A stretch of 59,319 bases of DNA. It comes from Candidatus Acidiferrales bacterium. GTDB taxonomy: Bacteria; Vulcanimicrobiota; Vulcanimicrobiia; Vulcanimicrobiales; Vulcanimicrobiaceae. Shown piece after piece: positions 27,945 to 37,300 of this stretch. The DNA lies in contig DATJUC010000222.1 in NCBI GenBank assembly GCA_035502675.1, positions 1 through 59,319 on the forward strand, read 5' to 3'. The notes under the pieces were generated by a model. The model did no database searches. It was given only the letters and a program-made list of their open reading frames with translations, and had not been told where the DNA came from. Within the stretch, counting starts at the first letter, position 1. Each line of letters starts with the position of its first letter. The position numbers were made by a program, and so were the translations under genes.

Positions 27945-28331
27945 CTACGGCGAGGACTTCACCCTCGCTAAGAAGTTGTAAAAGGAGCCGCGAACCGTCG
28001 CCGTTCCGCTGATCTCGCCGTCTTCGGCCAGCGTTCCGCGTACCGTAAAGCCTCCCGGAGCGTTCAACGTCAGGGTGATCTGCCCGTGGCTGACGCCGCC
28101 GGAAACTTGCACGGGAGGCCGGTTGCGCAGCGGATCCGGGCGTACGGGTTCGGAGACGTACGTGCCGCTCACGATGCCGTGATTGAACTTCAGCTTCATC
28201 GTCCCCGAGTAGGGCACGCCCTGCGTTCCGAACGTAGGTTGATAGGCCGCGACGTAGGTGGCGCTCCAGACCGGTCCGTGAACGGTCAGGACGGCCAGCG
28301 TCATGGCGAACGCGCGAAACGCGGCGATCAC
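27945..28331 (-). CDS. Small secreted hypothetical protein (128 aa), coupled to the aldehyde dehydrogenase gene
   Basis: The GTG at 28331 overlaps the ALDH TGA (GTGA). MIAAFRAFAMTLAVLTVHGPVWSATYVAAYQ... is signal-peptide-like. The rest is beta-rich (GTMKLKFNHGIVSGTYVSEP...ITLTLNAPGGFTVRGTLAEDGEISGTATVRG). ATG 28304 is an alternative start. Confidence 0.55.
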   Translation of the reverse strand: MIAAFRAFAMTLAVLTVHGPVWSATYVAAYQPTFGTQGVPYSGTMKLKFNHGIVSGTYVSEPVRPDPLRNRPPVQVSGGVSHGQITLTLNAPGGFTVRGTLAEDGEISGTATVRGSFYNFLARVKSSP

Positions 28332-29860
28332 GGTGCGAACCAGCCCGACGGCGCGACGTCCAAATTGACGTTGATCTGCTTCACTTCGGTGTACGCGTCG
28401 TAGCCGTAGGTGCCGAGCTCGCGTCCGATGCCGGACTGCTTGTATCCGCCCCACGGCGCTTCGTTGTAGGTCGGATGATAGGTGTTGATCCAGGTAATGC
28501 CGGCGCGCATTTTACGGACGACGCGCTGCGCGCGCGCTCCGTCGTTGGTGAAGACCGCACCGGCCAGTCCGTAGACCGTATCGTTGGCCAGACGGATCGC
28601 ATCGGCTTCGTCCTCGAAGGTCTGCACCACCAGCACCGGGCCGAAGATCTCTTCGCGCACGATTCGCATCGAGGGCGAAGTTCGGTCGAAGATCGTCGGC
28701 GCGATGAAGTTTCCGTCGGCGAGTTCGCCGCCGAGGCGGTTGCCGCCGCACAGCAGCTGCGCGCCTTCGCTCTTTCCGGCTTCGAGGTACCCTTCGACGC
28801 GTTCGCGGTGGACCGGCGAAATAATCGGCCCCATCTCGGTTTGAGGATCGAATCCGTCGCCCACGCGAATTTTCTTGGCGCGCTCGACCAGCCGGTCGAC
28901 GAAGCGATCGTGCAGCGAGCGTTCGAGCAGCAGACGAGAACCCGCCGAGCAGACCTGGCCCGCGTTGGCGAAGATGCCGAACAGCGCGTAGTCGACGGCC
29001 GTTTCGAAATCCGCGTCGGCGAACACGACGTTGGGCGACTTGCCGCCGAGTTCGAGCGAGATCTTTTTGAGATTTCCGGTGGCGGCTTGCATGATGCTGC
29101 GCCCGGTCGCCGTTCCGCCGGTGAAGGCGATTTTGTCGACGAGCGGGCTGGCGGCCAGCGTGGCGCCGACCGTCGGCCCGGGACCGAGCACGACGTTGAC
29201 GACGCCCGGCGGAAACTCGAGCTCCTCGAAAATGGCCGCCAGCCGCAGCGTCGAGAGCGGCGTGAGCTCGGCCGGCTTGAGCACGCAGACGTTGCCCGCG
29301 GCCAAGGCGGGGGCGAGTTTCCAGACGGCCATCAGCAGCGGGTAGTTCCACGGGACGATTTGGCCGCACACGCCGATCGGCTCGCGCACCGTAAACGTCT
29401 GCGAGGGTGCCGGAACGTCGAACGTCTGCCCGTGCGGTTTGGTCGCTAGACCGGCGTAATAGCGAAAGCAGTTGGCGGCGTCGATCGCGTCGTACTCGGT
29501 TTCGCGCAGCGGTTTGCCGCCGTTGAGGGTGTCGATGCGCGCGAACTCCTCGCGGCGTGCGTCGATCGCATCGGCTACTTTGAAGAGCAGGGCGGCCCGC
29601 TCGGCCGCGCTGGTGCGGCCCCACGGTCCATCGTCGAAAGCACGCCGCGCCGCGCGAATCGCCTCCTTCGCATCGGCTTGCGAACCCTCGGCGACGACCG
29701 CTACCGGCCGGCCGTTGGCCGGGTTGATCAGTTCTCGCGTTGCGCCGGCGGCACTCGGCTTCCAGCGCCCGTCGACGTACATGGGAACGACGGCGCCGAG
29801 CCGCGGCAGCGAGGCCAGGACGGCCGCGGGATCGGCGGCCGGACGCGTCGGCGTTTGCAT
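28328..29860 (-). CDS. NAD(P)-dependent aldehyde dehydrogenase; by context, aminobutyraldehyde/betaine-aldehyde type
   Basis: 510 aa. IVPWNYPLLMAVWKLAPALAAGN, SLELGGKSPNVV, catalytic Cys FANAGQVCSAGSRLL, EEIFGPVL. Its ATG lies 1 nt after the patA stop. Confidence 0.9.
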   Translation of the reverse strand: MQTPTRPAADPAAVLASLPRLGAVVPMYVDGRWKPSAAGATRELINPANGRPVAVVAEGSQADAKEAIRAARRAFDDGPWGRTSAAERAALLFKVADAIDARREEFARIDTLNGGKPLRETEYDAIDAANCFRYYAGLATKPHGQTFDVPAPSQTFTVREPIGVCGQIVPWNYPLLMAVWKLAPALAAGNVCVLKPAELTPLSTLRLAAIFEELEFPPGVVNVVLGPGPTVGATLAASPLVDKIAFTGGTATGRSIMQAATGNLKKISLELGGKSPNVVFADADFETAVDYALFGIFANAGQVCSAGSRLLLERSLHDRFVDRLVERAKKIRVGDGFDPQTEMGPIISPVHRERVEGYLEAGKSEGAQLLCGGNRLGGELADGNFIAPTIFDRTSPSMRIVREEIFGPVLVVQTFEDEADAIRLANDTVYGLAGAVFTNDGARAQRVVRKMRAGITWINTYHPTYNEAPWGGYKQSGIGRELGTYGYDAYTEVKQINVNLDVAPSGWFAP

Positions 29861-29861
29861 G

Positions 29862-31238
29862 TTACGAGACTCCTGTCTTGACGAGCGTCGTCATGGAACC
29901 AAGGCTTTCGCCGAGAGCTTGGCACACGTAGTCGGCCTGTTCCTTCGCAATCGTGAGCGGCGGCTCGATCCGGATGACCCGCGCGTTTACGAGCGTTCCG
30001 GAGACCAGCACGCCGCGATCGAGCATGCGTTTTCCGAACTCGAAACCGCTGGCATTATCGACGAACTCGAGCGCCATCAGCAGCCCCTTTCCACGAACGT
30101 CGACGACCACGTCTTCGTGACCGAGAACCGCCTTGCGAATTCCGGCGAGCATGCGTTCGCCCATGAACGTAGCGCGCTCCGGCAGCCGCTCCTCGATGAG
30201 AACGTTGATGGTTGCCAGTGCGGCCGCGCAGGCCAGCGGATTTCCGCCGAAGGTGGACGTGTGCAGAAACGGATTATCGAACAAACGAGCGAAAATCTCG
30301 CGGCGCCCGACGACCGCGCCGGCCGGCATCACGCCGCCGCCGAACGCCTTGGCGAGACACATCAAATCCGGCGCGACGTCCCAGTGCTCGCAGCAGAACA
30401 TGGTGCCGGTGCGGCCCATGCCGGTCTGCACCTCGTCGAGAATCAGCAGCGATCCGTAGTCGTCGCACAGCCGCCGCACGCCGGGCAGGTAGTCGTCGTC
30501 GGGGATGTTGACGCCCCCTTCGCCTTGGATCGGTTCGAGCAGCACGGCGCCGACGTCTTCCCCGACCGCCTTGCACGACTGCATCATGTCGCTCAACGCC
30601 AGCAAGTCGTTGAACGGTACGTGCTCGATGTTGGGCAGCATCGGACCGAAGGGCCGGCGGAACTCGGCCTTGGCGCTGGCCGAGAGCGAGCCGTAACTCT
30701 TGCCGTGAAACCCTTTGGTCGCCGCCACGATGGTCTGCTTGGCGGGATCGAACGCCCGCGCGAGTTTGAGCGCGCCTTCGACCGCCTCCGTACCGCTATT
30801 GCAGAAGAACGCGAACTCCAGCCCCTCGGGCACGATCATCGAGAGCGCCTTGGCGAGCATCGCGCGCAGCGGGTCCAGCAAGTCCTGGCTGTGCAGCGGC
30901 TGACGGCGCAGCTGGTCGGCGACCGCTTTGACGACCTTCGGGTGGCGGTGGCCGACGTTGAAGATCCCGAACCCGCCGAGACAGTCGAGATATTCGCGTC
31001 CCGAAACGTCGCGGTACGAATTCGGTCCGGCGTCGGCCCATTCGACGACCGCTTCGGCTCCTTCGAGGCTCGTCGCCTTCCGGTATTCCAGGAAGCCGGG
31101 GTTGATGTGATCGCGGAAGCTCTCGACCGTCTCGCGCGTGATCCACCGGGCGTCGTCGGCCGAGATCTCGCGCGTCTCGATGAGATCTAAGACGCGTTGC
31201 GTGAAATCGAAAACCTCGCGGTATCGCTCGTTGAGAAT
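29862..31238 (-). CDS. patA: Putrescine (diamine)--2-oxoglutarate aminotransferase, YgjG/PatA type; proposed non-canonical ATT start
   Basis: The ORF track gives only 29862..30881 (339 aa). That entry starts at a TTG inside the conserved HSQDLLDPLRAMLA motif. The frame stays open 119 more codons, to the codon after the gabT TAA. This stretch encodes ...FRDHINPGFLEYRKATS...YLDCLGGFGIFNVGHRHPKVVKAVADQLRRQPLHSQDLLDP..., matching my recollection of the E. coli YgjG N-terminal domain. The stop is firm. The start is inferred (ATT at 31238-31236, 458 aa). Confidence 0.85.
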   Translation of the reverse strand: MLNERYREVFDFTQRVLDLIETREISADDARWITRETVESFRDHINPGFLEYRKATSLEGAEAVVEWADAGPNSYRDVSGREYLDCLGGFGIFNVGHRHPKVVKAVADQLRRQPLHSQDLLDPLRAMLAKALSMIVPEGLEFAFFCNSGTEAVEGALKLARAFDPAKQTIVAATKGFHGKSYGSLSASAKAEFRRPFGPMLPNIEHVPFNDLLALSDMMQSCKAVGEDVGAVLLEPIQGEGGVNIPDDDYLPGVRRLCDDYGSLLILDEVQTGMGRTGTMFCCEHWDVAPDLMCLAKAFGGGVMPAGAVVGRREIFARLFDNPFLHTSTFGGNPLACAAALATINVLIEERLPERATFMGERMLAGIRKAVLGHEDVVVDVRGKGLLMALEFVDNASGFEFGKRMLDRGVLVSGTLVNARVIRIEPPLTIAKEQADYVCQALGESLGSMTTLVKTGVS

Positions 31239-32516
31239 TTAACGGTCCCCTCCTAAGATGTCGCGGACGGCGGCGCCGAGGATCGCGAGGCCTTCCTCGA
31301 GATCGTCGTCGCCGATGACCAGCGGCACCAGCACGCGGATAACGTTGCGCTTGCCCGCGAGCATCAACAGCAGGCCGCGCTCGCGCGCAGCGTCGACCAC
31401 GGCGTCGGCGCCGTGCGACAGCTCCATCGCGAACATCGCCCCCAGACCACGAACGTCTTGGACGGCGGGGTGCAGCGATTGCATCGCACGCATCGCCGCC
31501 TCGACGCGCTTCCCGATCGATCGCGCTCGCGCGAGAAAGGCTTCGTCGAGGAGCTCGAAGGTCGCTAGTGCGGCGGCGCATGCGATCGGGTTGCCGGCGA
31601 ACGTTCCGCCGAGTCCGCCCGGAGCCGGAGCGTCCATGATCTCGGCTTTCCCGACGACGGCCGCCAGCGGCAAACCGCCGGCGATCGACTTGGCAACGGT
31701 CATCAAATCCGGCTCGATGCCGTACTGCTCGCAGGCGAAGAGCGTACCGGTGCGCCCGAAGCCGGTTTGAATTTCGTCGGCGACCAGTACGATACCGAGG
31801 CGTTCGGTCAAGCGGCGCAGCTCGCGCAGAAACTCGGGCGGCGCGGGGACGAAGCCGCCTTCACCGAGCACCGGCTCGACGACGATGGCCGCGACGCGGT
31901 CCGGCGCCGCGGTGCTCTCGAAGATGGTCTCCAGCGCGTTCAACGCGTGCTGCGCGGTGATGCCGTGATGCTCGTACGGAAAAGGCGCGTGATAGACCTC
32001 GCCGCAGAACGGACCGAAGTGCTGCTTGTACGGCGCGTCCTTGCCGGTCAACGAGAGCGTCAGCAGCGTGCGCCCGTGGTAGCCGTGCTGAAACGCGATG
32101 ACCGCCGGCCGGCGCGTATACTCGCGCGCGATCTTCACCGCATTTTCGACGGCTTCGGCGCCGGTCGAGACCAGGAGCGTCTTCTTCGGCGTCGTTCCGG
32201 GAGCGCGCCGGTTCAGAACTTCGGCGACGGCGACGTACGGTTCGTAGGATGCGACTTGGAAGCACGCGTGCGTCAGCCGTCGGGCCTGGTCGGCGATCGC
32301 GGCGACGATCCGGGGGTTGGCGTGACCCAGATTCAGGGTTCCGATACCGCCGACGAAATCGACGTAGCGCCGCCCCTCCGCGTCCCAAACGATCGCGCCC
32401 TCGCCGCGTTCGATCGCGAGCGGGTGGACGGCCCCCACGCCGCGAGGGACGCTGGCCCGCCGGCGTTCGGCGATAGCGGCGTTGGCGGCAGCGGTTTCGG
32501 CGGTCGTTGGTGTCAT
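31239..32516 (-). CDS. gabT: 4-aminobutyrate--2-oxoglutarate aminotransferase
   Basis: MTPTTAETAAANAAIAERRRASVPRGVGAVHPLAIERGEGAIVWDAEGRRYVDFVGGIGTLNLGH..., DEIQTGFGRTG, and PLP-Lys MTVAKSIAGGLPL. It is collinear with my recollection of E. coli GabT from the ATG at 32516 (425 aa). The ORF-track start (TTG 32534) is 6 codons further upstream. Confidence 0.9.
   Translation of the reverse strand: MTPTTAETAAANAAIAERRRASVPRGVGAVHPLAIERGEGAIVWDAEGRRYVDFVGGIGTLNLGHANPRIVAAIADQARRLTHACFQVASYEPYVAVAEVLNRRAPGTTPKKTLLVSTGAEAVENAVKIAREYTRRPAVIAFQHGYHGRTLLTLSLTGKDAPYKQHFGPFCGEVYHAPFPYEHHGITAQHALNALETIFESTAAPDRVAAIVVEPVLGEGGFVPAPPEFLRELRRLTERLGIVLVADEIQTGFGRTGTLFACEQYGIEPDLMTVAKSIAGGLPLAAVVGKAEIMDAPAPGGLGGTFAGNPIACAAALATFELLDEAFLARARSIGKRVEAAMRAMQSLHPAVQDVRGLGAMFAMELSHGADAVVDAARERGLLLMLAGKRNVIRVLVPLVIGDDDLEEGLAILGAAVRDILGGDR
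31247..31254 (-). promoter_or_regulatory. Shine-Dalgarno sequence AGGAGGGG serving the proposed ATT start of patA (embedded in the last codons of gabT)
   Basis: The minus strand reads ATC TTA GGA GGG GAC CGT TAA ATT CTC AAC. AGGAGGGG ends 8 nt before ATT. Confidence 0.5.
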
Positions 32517-32583
32517 GCGCTCTAGAGGGGGCAAGGAGGGAGTCTGCTACGAGTGTAAACCGTGCCCGCGAGGAAGGCCACGT

Positions 32584-34254
32584 ATGTCCGGCACAATTTT
32601 GCCCGAGTTTTTGGATCAACCCTCCAAAGTTTTCGAGTCGCGACTGCGCGTTCGCGACGTCTTGCGCTTGCCCGCCTTCCAGGCGGCTCGGCTGGTTGCC
32701 GGCGAGGCTGGACTCGACCGGCCGGTCTTGTGGTCGCACGTGGTCGACATGCCGGACCCAGCGCCGTGGGTGCCTCCGGGTTACTTCCTGCTCACGACCG
32801 GCTACAGCTGGCCGGCCGGCGACGCGGAGCAGCGGTCGCTGATCGCCGCGCTCGCCGCCCGCGGCATCGCCGGCGTCGGGCTGGCGGTTCCGCGGTACGT
32901 ACGGTCGTTCTCGGCGGCGGAGCGCGAGGCGGCCGACCGGGCGTTCTTGCCGCTCGTCGAGATCCCGTTCGAGATTCCGTTCGCGCAGCTTACCGAGGCG
33001 CTCCACCGTACGATTCTGGAGGAGCCGTATCGGATTTTGGAGCGTTCCGAGCAGATCCATCACGCTCTCGTGCGCGCCGCCTCGCGCGAAGCGACGCTCG
33101 ACGACCTGGCGCGCACGCTCTCGCCTTTGATCGGGCGCTCGGTGACCTTCGAAGATCCCGGCGGAAAGCTCTTGGCCTGGTGTTCGATCGATCAGCGGAC
33201 CGATGCGATTCGCCGCGCGACGCTCGAGCGCGCGCAAACGCCGTCGACCATGCTCGACGCGCTGCAGTCCTCGGGACACGATCGACGGCTGCGCGTCAGC
33301 GAAAAGCCGATCCGCGTTCCCGCGATGCCGGAAATCGGCCTGGCGGCACGCGTCGCGTGCCCGATTCGTTTGGGCGCCGAGTTCGTCGGCGCGGTGTGGA
33401 TCATCGAAGGCGACGAGCCGCTTTCGGAGCTCGATCACCGCGCCGCCGAATACGCGGCGCTGGTGGCGGCGATTCACATCGCTCACCAGCGCGAGCTCGC
33501 GCGGCTCGAGTCGACGCTCGGCTACGCTTCAGTGCTGTCGCTGCTCGAATCCGAACGGGACCCGTCGCCTTCGGCCCAAGAACGCGTCCGGCTTTTGGGA
33601 TTCGATCCGCAACGCCGCTATCGCGCGGGCATCGTGCTGCTTCCCGAAGAGACTCCGCTCGGGCGCGAAGCTTTCTTTCGGCGCGATGCGATCGCGCGGC
33701 GCGTCGGGGAGCTGCTGGAAGAAGCCGGCGCGCCCGGCCTCGTCTCGGTCGCACTCGACCGCGTGCCGTTCCTGGCGCCCGAGGAAATCGCGCTCGACCG
33801 GCTCTTTGCGGAGCTGGGCGCAGACGACCTCGGGCTGGTCGTGGGGCGCGCCTACGAGGGAGCCCAAGGAGCTCGCCGCAGCTATCGTGAGGCGGTCTCG
33901 CTGATCGCGCACCGCAACCGCCGCCGTTACTGCGAGTTCGACGACGTCTTGGTGCCGCGCGTCATCGCCGGAGACCCCGAGGCACGCCGTGCATTCGTGG
34001 ACGGCATCGTCGGCCCGCTCTCGGCGCAGCGGGGCGCAAAGGCGCTGGCCGGGGCGGTCCTGCAGTTCGCGCGAAGCGGATTTCGGATGCGCGAAGCCTC
34101 CGAGGCACTGGCCATCCATCCCAACACGCTGCGCTACCGGCTCGCCCGAGCGTCCGAGATTTTGGGCCTGGCCCTCGACGACGTCGACGTGCGTTTCGAA
34201 CTCCAGTTGGCCGCCCGAATCATCGACGATGGTGCCGGCGCACAGGTGGAGTAG
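32584..34254 (+). CDS. PucR-family transcriptional regulator
   Basis: ORF 32482..34254 trimmed to the ATG at 32584, with GAGGAAGG 6 nt upstream. N-terminal PucR-type domain LRVRDVLRLPAFQAARLVAGEAGLDRPVLWSHVVDMPDPAPWVPPGYFLLTTGY. C-terminal HTH ASEALAIHPNTLRYRLARASEILG. Divergent from gabT. Confidence 0.85.
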   Translation: MSGTILPEFLDQPSKVFESRLRVRDVLRLPAFQAARLVAGEAGLDRPVLWSHVVDMPDPAPWVPPGYFLLTTGYSWPAGDAEQRSLIAALAARGIAGVGLAVPRYVRSFSAAEREAADRAFLPLVEIPFEIPFAQLTEALHRTILEEPYRILERSEQIHHALVRAASREATLDDLARTLSPLIGRSVTFEDPGGKLLAWCSIDQRTDAIRRATLERAQTPSTMLDALQSSGHDRRLRVSEKPIRVPAMPEIGLAARVACPIRLGAEFVGAVWIIEGDEPLSELDHRAAEYAALVAAIHIAHQRELARLESTLGYASVLSLLESERDPSPSAQERVRLLGFDPQRRYRAGIVLLPEETPLGREAFFRRDAIARRVGELLEEAGAPGLVSVALDRVPFLAPEEIALDRLFAELGADDLGLVVGRAYEGAQGARRSYREAVSLIAHRNRRRYCEFDDVLVPRVIAGDPEARRAFVDGIVGPLSAQRGAKALAGAVLQFARSGFRMREASEALAIHPNTLRYRLARASEILGLALDDVDVRFELQLAARIIDDGAGAQVE

Positions 34255-34268
34255 CCGAATTTGTCGCT

Positions 34269-34285
34269 AGACTCCATAGGAGTCT
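34269..34285. promoter_or_regulatory. Perfect inverted repeat AGACTCC-ATA-GGAGTCT upstream of the TonB-dependent receptor gene (candidate operator)
   Basis: 7-bp arms with a 3-bp spacer. It sits in the only AT-richer patch between the pucR stop (34254) and the receptor start (34342), 57 nt upstream of the start. Its right arm plus G (GGAGTCTG) recurs at 32539-32546 in the gabT/pucR gap. Confidence 0.35.
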
Positions 34286-34341
34286 GTGCACCGGCGGACT
34301 TACTCTTGCGGCAATAGCATCTCCAGCGCGAGGGTACTCGT

Positions 34342-37300
34342 TTGAAGAGGTGGATTGCCGCGGCCGTTGCCGCCTCCGTCGTCGCAGCCTTACCGATCAC
34401 GTCGCAAGCCGGAACGACCGGAACGCTGCACGGGAGGGTGGTCGACGCCGCCAGCGGCGCGCCGATTGCGGGGGCCACGGTGACGGCGACGTCGCCCTCG
34501 CAGACCGCGTCGGCGACGACCGACGGCTCGGGCAGTTTCGCGTTCATCTCGCTGCAGCCGGACACGTACACGGTCAGCGCGAGCAAGACGGGTTACGACG
34601 GCCAATCGCAGCCGGGGATCGGCGTTTACGCCGACCAATCGTCGACCGCGAACTTGGCGCTCAGCCGCACGCTCAAGACGATCGCGCACACGACGTCGCG
34701 CTCCGTGCAGAGCTTGGTGCACGCGGGCGTAACCAGCGACGTCTATTCGGTCAACTCGGCCGGTCAGAAGGCGGCCTCGACGCTGGCGGGCTCGGGTGCG
34801 CTGACGCAGGCTTACGGAGCGATCGCAAGTGCGCCGGGCGTGAATATTCCCTCCAACCAGCAAGGCTGGTACCAGGGCGTGTACATCCGCGGCGGAGACG
34901 TCGATCAGGTCGCCTACGAGTTCGACGGACTGCCGGTGACGCGGCAATCCGACCTCGCCCCGATCGTGACGCTCACGTCGCTCGGAAGCCAAGAAGTGCA
35001 GGTCTACACCGGCGGCACTCCTGCGACGTCGAACTCGTCCGGGCTGGCCGGTTACATCAACCAGGTCATCAAGACGGGCACGTTCCCGGGCTATGCCGAC
35101 GCAACGCTGGGAGTCGGTTCTCCGGCGTTCTACCATCAAGCCACCGTCGAGGCCGGCGGTGCGACGCCCGACCGTCTGTTTTCCTACTACGTCGGAATCT
35201 CGGGCGCGAATCAGGATTTTCGTTACGCCGATCAGTTCAACGGCGTCTCCAATCCGCTCTATTTCTACCCGTTGGCCACGCCCTCGAACAACAACGTCTA
35301 TCCGATCCTGGACGGCAGCGGCGGGCCCGGCCCGAACTACGGCGCCGTCTTCTCGCCGGGGTACGCCTACGCGCAAGGCACCAACTTCGACCGCGAAAAC
35401 GTGGTCAATCTGCACTTCGGGATTCCGCACAAGGACTCGTCGCTGCGGGACGACGTCCAGGCGCTCTACGTCGTCGGCGGCATCAGCTCGGAGTACTATA
35501 GCTCGGCCAACGAAGTCTGGTTGAACTCGCCGGCGGCTCGTGCCGGCGGCCTGCCGTATCCGATGACGTACTTGGATTCCTACTATTATACCGGCCCTTT
35601 GTTCTCGACGCCCGATCCGAAGAGCCTGATCGTCGGGTTCTTTCCCAGCAGCCCCGCGGACCGCCAAGTCGCCGCGCCGATTCCCGTCAACCAGCGCGAC
35701 GGTAACGACAACGACTACGCGGTCGGCAAGCTCGCCTATCAGAAAAACTTCAACAGCAACTCGTATCTGCGGTTTTTGGTCTACAGCGAGTATTCGGACT
35801 GGTTCATCAACGGCCCGGACAGCGCCCAACTCTACTACGGCTCGGATCCGGCCGACTACGAGGTCTACGCCCATATCTACGGATCCGGACTGACGTACTC
35901 GAATCAGCTCTCGTCCAAGAACCTGCTGACCGGTCAGGTCGCGTTCAACGAGCAGAAGCTCCAGACGTACAACGCGACGTTCAGCTCGACCGACCCGTCG
36001 ACCGACAACCGGCTGCCGACCGGCTTGGGAACGGTGCTCTCGAACTACGTCGGCAGCAACGGCCAGTGCTACAACTACGTTACCGGACAGCCGTGGAGCT
36101 GTTTCGAGGTACAGACGCAGGGCGGCTGTCTGTTCTCGACGCCGGCCGAGAACAACGGCGGCTGCTATCCGGGCGAAGCCGGCCGCATCAACCTCGCGCC
36201 GGGTACCGCGCCCGCGGGCTCGCCCGCGGCGCTCGCTCACGCCAGCTGGCTGATGACCGAGAACGGTTATAGCTCGCAGGTCGACAACGTCATGCCGATC
36301 TTCACGTCGTATTCGGTAACCGACGTGTGGCAGCCCAACGACAAGCTGCTCGTCAACTTTGGCGTGCGCCTGGACCACTTCGCTTACGCGACCGACGATT
36401 TGGAAGACGGTTATCCCGCCAGGCAGTTTTGGTTCGACGCCTACAACGACTCGTTCTGCGGGGCCCTCGGGAGAGCCACGGTCATGCGCACCGGCGCCGG
36501 CGCCACCGGGCCGTGTCCGGCCGGCTACTTTCCCCTCAACGCGCCCGGCAACGGACTTTCCAACGTCGGCGCCGGATTGGCGACGTTCGACGTGTTTCAG
36601 CCGCGCGTCTCGGCCACCTATACCATCGACCCCGACACCGTCTTGCGCGGATCGTACGGCAAGTACGCGCGCGCCGAAGCGTCGTCGTATTACCAGTACA
36701 ACACCGGACAGCAGAATCTCGCGTCGTTCATCTCCCAGTTCTATCCGTACGGCTATCACACGCCGGATCATTTGATCTATCCGGACACGTCGAACAACTT
36801 CGACCTTTCGCTCGAGAAGCACGTCAAGGGCACGAAGCTCTCGTACAAGATCACGCCGTTCTACCGCAATACGCAGAACCAGCTGCAGTATCAAGCCATC
36901 AACGCGGCGCAGGGGACGTTGGCCGGCTTCAACGTCGGCACGCAGCAGTCGTACGGCGTCGAGGTCTCGATGCAGTACGGCGATTTCGCGCGCGACGGGC
37001 TTTCCGGGCTGCTCTCGTACACCTATACCGACAGCCGCATTCAGTTCAAGCCGATCAACGGACAGAGCGTGATCGACACGCTCAATACGCAGATCGAGCT
37101 GTACAACTCCTACACCCACGCCTGCGCGCACGTAACGGCGTCGTCGCCCAACTGGCAGGCGTGCGGCGCCGGCAGCGATCCCGGGAACGCGGCGCCGGTC
37201 TTGCGCAACGATCAAGCGAACAGCGGCGCGAGTTCGCTGCTGATTCCCAATCCGTACTACCACGGTACGCTGCAGCCGTTATTGGATACGAGCGCGTGGT

